In this document: positions 50,401 to 54,546 of the stretch, in pieces
Numbering within the stretch: position 1 is the first letter of the stretch
Layout of the letters: each line of letters opens with the position of its first letter
Position numbers and translations under genes: made by a program
Origin: Priapulus caudatus
Taxonomy: Eukaryota
Assembly: GCF_000485595.1 (NCBI RefSeq)
Contig: NW_014577070.1
Coordinates: 323,940-378,485 of the forward strand
Direction: 5' to 3'
DNA length: 54,546 nucleotides
The notes under the pieces: model-generated
The model's input: only the letters and a program-made list of their open reading frames with translations
Told to the model about the DNA's origin: nothing
Database searches by the model: none

Positions 50401-50657
50401 GATGATGACAGAGACCTGCGATCGGTCGTCTAGAAGAACCAACCTCAAAATAAAATGGGGAGTTTATTAATTCGACTAATACTGCAACATGGTTTCAGCA
50501 TTTCACCGTTGTACGCTCTCCTTCTTTATACGCTCTTGGTATCATGGACCTCCATTCTTATCAGTCTTCGGAAACTACGGACTAAGTCCTCTGGGTCTGT
50601 GCGGTCTGTCAGGAGGGAAATCAATATGGAGCACTCTAGAAATGTCCAAGGACGGTC

Positions 50658-50896
50658 AAAATGATCGGGCTTTTTAACACTTATTTATCTACATGGACAT
50701 CTCACCTATCTTTTTGAACACTTTCTACAACTTTGCACCATGTATTTATGCATTTATTACTCAAAGTCAGCACTACTGGTAATTCCGTTTGAAATATTCT
50801 GGCGTGTGCACGCGTGACGTCACCGGTATTGTATATACATGCACCATAGCTGCGTGTCCATGTAGATAAATAAGTGTTAAAAAGCCCGATCATTTT
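50658..50896. mobile_element. 239-bp hairpin element with 42-bp perfect inverted arms
   Basis: aaaatgatcgggctttttaacacttatttatctacatggaca (50658-50699) inverted at 50855-50896; no clear TSD. Confidence 0.65.
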
Positions 50897-51829
50897 CTGT
50901 TTTGTGAGCCATTTTGAGTGGAACCATCGGGACCCGGTGTTGCTGCGAAATCCAGTTCAAGATGTTCTATAGCCCAGCGGCAGTTAATGAAAGCGGGCTA
51001 TAGTACTAGAGCTACAGCTGGGTAGGCTAGTGCTGTAAAGCGGCACGCTTCCTGCCAACAGTCGGTCGAGGGGTCGAAAACAGGGTACGGTTGGGAGTAG
51101 GCGGGGTACGGTCCAGTATATACCAGACAGTAAGTTACCAGGGTACGTTCCGGTATATCGGACTGTACCCAGGGTATGGTCCGGCAGTGCCCAGAGAGAC
51201 ATAGACCCTATCAGCGACAGATAGTCGAGCTGCATCAAACATGTTTAGCGGATGTTAGTTACTGTTACCTACCTCGTAACCTCGTAAGTAATTAATGTCT
51301 TCAGAGTCCAAGGGACTATATCGAAGACAGAAAGACAATGTAACAGTGTTAAGGTAGTTTAGAATTATTAGAAGGTAGAGAGTAGAGTTAGTTTGAGAAG
51401 ATACGTGGTGTTCATTGGTAACCGTAACATATGTATAGATATTTGCGCTACGCGCGAGCGCATAATTAAATAATATAACAGCATTAGCGAGCAAGTAGAA
51501 CTGACATTAGCAATGACTTAGTATCAGTATATAGCTAGTCAGCAGCAAACGTTGACCTCGCGGGGCGTATTAGCGGCATTTCATTACGTAAGATTAGCAC
51601 GGGTTGGTCGCGCGCAGGCCAGGAATACACGGCAAGCGTGCGTGTTGACCACATGTGATACGTTTGTGATGATCGAGTTTAGAAGCTCCTCACGTAGTCC
51701 CATTCTATATATGGGGCTTCGCGAGGTCATTACCCCAAAGAGATAGATATCTTTTAGTTCAGTAGAATTCCACTAGTCGCCATCAAGGCAGCACAGTCCA
51801 GTATAACATAACTACGTCATAGTGTACCA

Positions 51830-52165
51830 TGTAGAAATAATTTAGTTAACGATTCAACGAACAGAAGAAAGCAAGTGTCTGACCAATGGTCAGGCATCGG
51901 GAGGGGCTGATGTATTTGGGGTAGTATAAAATAGCATGCAGAGCGTCGGAGAGACAAGTTTTACCAGCTCTTACGAGGTTCCTACGAAGTTTACAAGTTT
52001 TACAAAGTTCTTACAAAGTTTACAGCTCTCAGGCAGTACTACACTAGTCTGCATCAGTAGCCTCTGAGTAGAATAAAGTATCATCTCATCTGTTACCATA
52101 AAGACGTGTTGGTTTTTCTGTGATCTCCATCGTCAACGACTCACATCGCACGAGACACAGAGACA
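51830..52165 (+). mobile_element. possible solo LTR
   Basis: CCAAT 51883, TATAAA 51925, short ttacaa(a)g repeats, AATAAA 52072 in U3-R-U5 order; boundaries and TSD not resolved. Confidence 0.3.
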
Positions 52166-52412
52166 AGTCTGACGTTGCCTTCAAGCTTCACCGCAGCACG
52201 AAACGAACCGAAACTATATTACCTATATAACAACAAGTTGATCAAATAGTTTAATAGACAGATCAACACTGCGGATCGCAGTACAAAAAGCCTTAAAGAT
52301 AAAGGTTTAAAAGTTACAACTACCAGCTACCCGGCCGTTTGCATGGTTGCAAGTACCCGAGAAGTCATATGTTGTACATGCATGAACCTAGGATGTAATC
52401 GTGTATAATCTG

Positions 52413-52730
52413 CACGTGATGCGGCCATGATGCCGAGGCGCGCCGAGGATTGACACTTTGTGTCTTCCAATCACAGCCTACGGAGCGCTACGTGCGCACC
52501 TGCTAAAAGAAATTCAAGGTGAGGACCATGATGGTACCAATCGCCGGTCTCACGAAGCTAGGGCATTCTGCTAGGCTAGAACAGTCTACGATAGAGTTTA
52601 GCACAAAACGAAAAATACACGCCGTTTAGCGCACTGCGCTACGTCTGTATGTTGCATTATTGCTGCGCGGCATTAGCTCCGCTCGTGAATCGACAATTAA
52701 GCCCCACGCCTTCTCTCGTTGATGGAACCA
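52413..52730 (+). repeat. degenerate third copy of 32905-33190
   Basis: cgtgatgcggccatgatg...ttgacactttgtgtcttccaatcacagcctacg...ctagggcattctgcta. Confidence 0.8.
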
Positions 52731-54546
52731 CTACAATGGGAGAGGCAACACTACTCGGAGACCGCTTGTATTGTGAGCAACTTTTCAACAGGCATCTCAT
52801 TGTATAGTTTGAGACACGCATCATTGTCAATGTCGACTCCTGTGGGTACCCAAACGAGTTATTTGATGTTGACGACTGTAAGGAGTAATGCTTACCCTCG
52901 AAACTTAACTACTCGATTATCGCGAAATATGTGGCCATTCCTGACTGGAATTTTTCTGGGCTTTTCGGTAAATACAATGCAACTTGCCGGCCGATGCATT
53001 ATCGCATATAATGCCAAACAAACGACAACTATTGTACTCTAGGCTCAACAATTACTTTCCACTCGCTGGCTTCCGGGATCATATACGCGTTATTACTATT
53101 GAACCCGAGTCTCAAAGTTACATCTGCCATGGTGACAGATGGCTGCCGTAACTTTAACTACTGAATTTGGTGTTCAAATTGCAATCTAACCCCTTTACAC
53201 TGTATCAGTTACCGGTTCACGCTCCAGTTGAGTGAGTGACCTACGTGAGCAACGGGTTTAAATAGTCTTACACCTGCCAGCAGCAGCGCTAATCTCTTGA
53301 CAATGTTATTTACTACATAAATCATAGTTACTTGGGAGTAATACAGTTACACTACAGCGGGACCGCCTTTACCGCAGAAAAAACAACACAATATAAGTCG
53401 GTTGCGCATGCTTCCCTAGGTGAGTCCTGTACAGCTGATCATTACCAACATCTTGTCGGTGGCAAAGATTTTATCATGTACTAATTATCAACAAGTGAGT
53501 TATTGTTCCCGGCAGAGCGACAGAGCGACGTATTCTGTGTGTCTGGTGTTTCTCGCTGATAAATTAGTAGTTTGTGCATCCAAATGAGCAAGGCCGTCCC
53601 TAATATACAATACGTTCATATTCTATTAAATAGTTACACCGGATTTCACTTCAAAGGTATAGGCGGGCTGATTAACTAGAAAATATCCGGGTAATTAATC
53701 TAAAGAGGGCGGGCTTTAGCTAATACATGCCGCTATCAAAATTCCAGAAGCAGCGGATCGTCTATGACCCTCCGAGTTATGATATAGATCACTTCTCACT
53801 ACAGGAAAATTCAACAGTCACATAGCATCGATCTTCACCACCAGCAGATGGCCATTCTCTGAGCATCAGATTAATTTTCACTAGACTGGACACAGCAATT
53901 GCAAAAAGCACCTAGGACGCAAATTAAATTTAACATCTTCACATATACGCCTAAGTACATATACTGTTGGCGGATGAATTATTGTCGCCTCTCTAGAATT
54001 TTTCCTTATAGAACGCCCAGGCATATTGAAACATACTTAGCATCTCCCGAGGTTTATCCCTTGCTCATTATAATCTCAGTCAGCATCGAACATCGTTCTT
54101 TCTGAGATTCAGTTGTTCATTACGAATCGGCTTGTGAGACACTTTTCGGATGTGTAATTAGTAGGGGGTACATTATTCACCGTGGGCGGGAAGGGCCATT
54201 AGTATGTTGGGGCCACATCTGTGCTCTGTCGGGGCCCGTTACAAATACACACTTTGGAGCTCAAATGTGTTCGACTGACAACATGGGACAGAGACAGCCT
54301 GCGTGCAAGATTACGATGTTTCACCTAGCCAGCAATACCCGATAGGCAGAATATCTCAATAAACTAATTTCAGGCTACGCAAGGTAATGCCACGGTGTCA
54401 ATTAGGTCGGACCGCCGAATAACGACGATCAAAGAACGTAGACACTTGCTTCTATCATTGGTGGCACAAAAAATCTTGAATGAGAGTCAAAATTATAAGT
54501 ACCTCCGTCTTAAGAGGAAATCTTGACAGGATTATGCACATCACTT

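Overview
Repeat-dense eukaryotic (most likely invertebrate animal) scaffold window with 8 N-gaps. No prokaryotic features, CRISPR array or rRNA are visible. The one convincing host coding feature is a first exon at 43164-43595 (+): Ser-Pro/Gly/Arg-rich, resembling MPLKIP/TTDN1, ending at a CAG|GTACTT donor. It sits head-to-head with a possible 30-nt first exon on the minus strand, across a CRE-containing promoter. Mobile DNA includes a four-level nest of DNA transposons with readable TSDs (4628-10091), two copies of a Penelope-like retroelement (RT plus GIY-YIG) with a 5' fold-back, Helitron/Helentron-derived satellite carriers, Mutator/Tc1/hAT-type MITEs, three tiny (33-162 bp) hairpin insertions with 7/8-bp TSDs, and a 3.3-kb purine/pyrimidine fold-back. 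Large direct (16.4-37.2 kb) and inverted (38-50.5 kb) duplications abut 10-N and 25-N gaps and are indel-rich, so they are probably long-read gap-filling artefacts. Most listed ORFs are microsatellite or gap artefacts. I found no clearly new biological system; the micro-insertions, the nested stack and the fold-backs are the best leads.
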